A stretch of 8,543 nt of DNA from Candidatus Electronema aureum (GTDB lineage Bacteria; Desulfobacterota; Desulfobulbia; Desulfobulbales; Desulfobulbaceae), in NCBI GenBank assembly GCA_004284765.1, contig NQJD01000063.1:1-8543 (forward strand), read 5' to 3'. A model generated the notes under the pieces. That model was not told the DNA's origin and ran no database searches. It was given only the letters and a program-made list of their open reading frames with translations. The number at the start of each line of letters is the position of its first letter. Within the stretch, counting starts at the first letter, position 1. Shown here piece by piece: positions 7,069 through 8,543 of this stretch. Both the position numbers and the translations under genes were made by a program.

Positions 7069-7695
7069 TTAATTCTGGGCGTTGTTTTTACCTTGACCCA
7101 TTCCTTGGCCTTTTCCCTGTCCGTTCATGGGGCACGGTTGGCCATTATTGCCTTGACCATTCATACCGCAGGGTTTGTTCATGCCGCCCTTTTTGCCGTT
7201 GCAGCCCGCGCCGCGCAGAGATTTCATTTTATCAAGCTGCTCTGAGCTGAGGATTTTATTCATGGCCAGCTTGGACTCGGCTCTCTGCACCGCCAGCTTG
7301 CTTTTCACTGCCGAGATTTTCTCGGTCAACTCCAGCACTGCCTTTTCATCTACAGGCTCGGCGGAGAATGCCTGATCCATCTTTAGACGCAGACTGTCTA
7401 ACTCGGACTGAAGAGGAAGCTGTTTTTCACGAGCAGCAAATTCAGCCGCTTTCAGCTTGGCGACCTGCTCTGGGGTGATGGCCAAATCCTGCACGGCCTG
7501 CGGATTCTGCCAGATACCAAATGCCGCCCCACCGCCACGTCCACCCTTCATGCCGCAATCCATCCCCATGCCTTGACCGCCGCCGCGACCGCCTTTTCCT
7601 CCTCGGCAGGCTTCTGCTGCTGTAGGAATAAGGGCTGCTGCGATCAGAACTGCCATAATGCTGGTGCCGATTTTTTTGCGAATATTTGCGTTCAT
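7069..7695 (-). CDS. Spy/CpxP/ZraP-family periplasmic protein (LTXXQ-motif chaperone / so-called heavy-metal sensor type) with Cys/Met/Gly-rich N- and C-terminal tails
   Basis: AGGAGA lies 5 nt upstream of the ATG at 7695. The signal peptide reads MNANIRKKIGTSIMAVLIAAALIPTAAEA. The helical core has two LTXXQ-like motifs (ITPEQVAKLK, LSSEQLDKMK). Gly/Met/Cys low-complexity tails flank the core on both sides. Confidence 0.88.
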   Translation of the reverse strand: MNANIRKKIGTSIMAVLIAAALIPTAAEACRGGKGGRGGGQGMGMDCGMKGGRGGGAAFGIWQNPQAVQDLAITPEQVAKLKAAEFAAREKQLPLQSELDSLRLKMDQAFSAEPVDEKAVLELTEKISAVKSKLAVQRAESKLAMNKILSSEQLDKMKSLRGAGCNGKKGGMNKPCGMNGQGNNGQPCPMNGQGKGQGMGQGKNNAQN

Positions 7696-7755
7696 ACTGT
7701 TCTCCTGTAGAAGAATGTGCTGGTTATGGGAACTGTTTCCCTTGCTTTCATGGGG

Positions 7756-7819
7756 AGTATAAACAATCTATGTAAAGATTGTTTGTCGATGGCGGGGTAA
7801 ATTGTAAAGACTTTGTAAA
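7756..7819 (-). promoter_or_regulatory. Candidate promoter/operator region of the ZraP-like gene: -10-like TATACT, -35-like TCGACA, a 9-6-9 palindrome between them, and phased GTAAA/TTTAC repeats upstream
   Basis: On the minus strand, TATACT is the reverse complement of 7756-7761 and TCGACA is the reverse complement of 7784-7789. The spacer between them is 22 nt, longer than the sigma-70 optimum. AAACAATCT (7761-7769) and AGATTGTTT (7776-7784) form a perfect palindrome that exactly fills that gap. On the + strand, GTAAA occurs at 7772-7776, 7797-7801, 7804-7808 and 7815-7819, which is TTTAC in the gene's orientation. No transcription start data are available, so the hexamer assignment is a guess. 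Confidence 0.4.
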
Positions 7820-8082
7820 AGGAGGCTTGGCCGCTTTGACAAAATTTTTGTTTTAGAGTGGAGCAGCAAAAAAACAAGAAGAGGTGAACAGATGGAATTT
7901 TTTAAAAATACTGCAAGAATGGCTTAGGAAGAGTTGGCGGGAAATTGGCCAAGATGGGCTGTTGCCAAATCCGCCGGAGAAAGGTAATATACCCCCGTCG
8001 TTATTGGCTGTAAAGGGAAGGGCGCGACTGGGGAGGATGCAGGACACCGAGCGGTTCCTGATCACAGAAGAAGGGAAGGCGG

Positions 8083-8106
8083 CAGGGTGCCCTGCATGGC
8101 ACCCTG
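8083..8106. other. Perfect 9-bp GC-rich hairpin (CAGGGTGCC / GGCACCCTG, 6-nt loop) in the long intergenic region
   Basis: 8083-8091 pairs with 8098-8106; the loop is CTGCAT. On the minus strand, CCGCCTTCCCTTCTTCTG follows. That sequence is pyrimidine-rich but is not a clean U-tract, so the hairpin is at best a weak terminator for the 97-aa gene. No T-tract follows it on the + strand. Confidence 0.3.
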
Positions 8107-8183
8107 CACCGATGATACGACTACATCACACGATGTGTGCTGTAATTAGCAGCTGGAGAGCAAGCCGATGAATTCGGCATGAA

Positions 8184-8477
8184 TTAATCCCCAATTGCAT
8201 GTATCATGAAATTACAAGAACCGGGTTTGTTCCCATCAATGATTTTGATGTCACATCTACGCTCATCTACATGATTTACCTCGATTGTGTAGATCCATCC
8301 CGCATTAGCGAAAAGGGTAGCTACCACGACAGGTGGATTCAGATATTGCCTCCCAAAAGTAATTAGGTAATGTCCACTACCACCACCGCCACTGCATGAA
8401 ATACGTTCACTGCATGAATAACTCTGGTTAATGCTGCCATTAGCATCCACAACTGCAAACTCGTGTCGCGCTGACAT
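8184..8477 (-). CDS. Small hypothetical soluble protein (97 aa), an orphan gene in an AT-rich flank. It may have an H-type-lectin-like beta-sandwich fold (weak guess).
   Basis: A strong SD, AAGGAG, lies 7 nt upstream of the ATG at 8477. There is no signal peptide or hydrophobic span. The protein has a Cys/Gly/Ser patch (SYSCSERISCSGGGGSG). The C-terminal pattern ITFGRQYLNPPVVVATL ... IEVNHVDERRCDIKII ... CNFMIHAIGD loosely recalls the F..F..PPvV ... v.v.nvt..gF.i ... W.A.G layout of H-type lectin domains, from memory only. GC is 25/60 in line 8221-8280. Confidence 0.7.
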   Translation of the reverse strand: MSARHEFAVVDANGSINQSYSCSERISCSGGGGSGHYLITFGRQYLNPPVVVATLFANAGWIYTIEVNHVDERRCDIKIIDGNKPGSCNFMIHAIGD

Positions 8478-8543
8478 AGTTTTTCTCCTTTTATGTTGAT
8501 ATTATTATTGATACTCCTATAAAAAATGGGTACCATTTTACAC

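Noticed and set aside
7051-7375. + strand ORFs 7051..7245 and 7175..7375, antisense to the ZraP-like gene, and 6810..7250
   Set aside because: These are shadow ORFs opposite a well-supported CDS. They have no SD and no recognisable motifs.
7606-7620. Possible lipoprotein signal (Cys immediately after the predicted signal-peptide cleavage site, ...TAAEA|C)
   Set aside because: The residues preceding the Cys (A-E-A) do not fit the lipobox pattern [LVI][ASTVI][GAS]C, and Glu at -2 is atypical. SPase I cleavage after AEA is more likely. LipoP or SignalP could confirm this.
7696-7880. Sigma-54 promoter (TGGCAC-N5-TTGC) upstream of the ZraP-like gene, expected by analogy with E. coli zraP
   Set aside because: Reading the minus strand, I found no GG-N10-GC element with acceptable flanks. 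The closest candidates lack the TTGC half (for example TGGCAA...CATC at about 7945-7975).
7692-8065. Minus-strand ORFs 7692..7877 (61 aa) and 7853..8065 (70 aa) in the intergenic region
   Set aside because: Neither has an SD. Their translations are pyrimidine-codon low-complexity sequence (Phe/Ser/Pro/Leu-rich). The first overlaps the candidate promoter and 5' UTR of the ZraP-like gene.
7925-8170. Resemblance to a cobalamin riboswitch on the + strand. Blocks GGGAAA (7939-7944), AAATCC (7967-7972), CCCCCG...GCTGTAA (7992-8013), GCGACTGG (8024-8031), GGGAAGGCGG (8073-8082) and GGAGAGCAAGCC (8155-8166) appear in roughly the order of the conserved B12-element blocks.
   Set aside because: The matches are partial. 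The GGUG..AA.UCC loop and the B12 box (AGCCAGGAGACCUGCC-like) are not convincingly present. Insertions break the CCCGC..CUGU block, and the CCACUG/GGGAAGG pairing is not supported. No + strand gene lies downstream. An Infernal cmscan with the Rfam cobalamin model would be decisive. A significant hit would overturn this rejection and would suggest that the AT-rich segment near 8180 was inserted between the riboswitch and its gene.
7884-8171. 95-aa + strand ORF with a GTG start that nearly fills the long intergenic region
   Set aside because: It has a GTG start with only a weak purine-rich upstream tract. It is rich in codons the neighbouring genes avoid (AGG, AGA, CGA, ATA, GGG, CTA, TTA). Its sequence has no recognisable fold or motif. 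The open frame may simply be a by-product of the purine-rich strand. It is not fully excluded; ribosome profiling or conservation of the frame in relatives would settle the question.
1-8543. Search for CRISPR arrays, tRNA/rRNA genes, IS elements, transposase or integrase genes and long terminal repeats that might explain the two AT-rich flanks
   Set aside because: I found no regularly spaced repeats, no cloverleaf-like GC-rich segments in the AT-rich flanks, and no recombinase-like ORF. The idea that the flanks are mobile or acquired therefore rests on composition alone.

Overview
The window looks like it comes from a diderm (Gram-negative-type) genome. A core of about 6 kb (roughly 2180-8180) is GC-rich; one hand-counted 60-nt line gave 35/60 GC.

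The core carries a tRNA-dihydrouridine synthase gene on the + strand. It converges on a five-gene minus-strand cluster:
- a ZraP/CpxP/Spy-family periplasmic protein with unusual Cys/Met/Gly tails;
- a small 3-TM membrane protein bearing His residues;
- a translationally coupled MacA-like adaptor, MacB-type ATPase and MacB/FtsX permease. No outer-membrane factor is in the window.

Both flanks are clearly AT-rich (spot counts of 20-25/60 GC). Each flank holds one orphan gene: a 633-codon membrane protein with about 14-16 hydrophobic spans on the left, and a 97-aa soluble protein on the right.

I recognise no rRNA, tRNA, CRISPR array, transposase or integrase.

The points most worth a second look are:
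1. the His-free, double-tailed ZraP-like protein and its linkage to the exporter;
2. its promoter region, with four same-strand GTAAA pentamers and a 9-6-9 palindrome that fills a 22-bp gap between -35-like and -10-like hexamers;
3. a 488-bp intergenic region whose + strand is purine- and GGA-rich and hairpin-dense;
4. the sharp compositional boundaries, one of which is marked by an 11-bp inverted repeat.

Functional calls rest on motifs I could read in the translations. Nothing was searched against any database.
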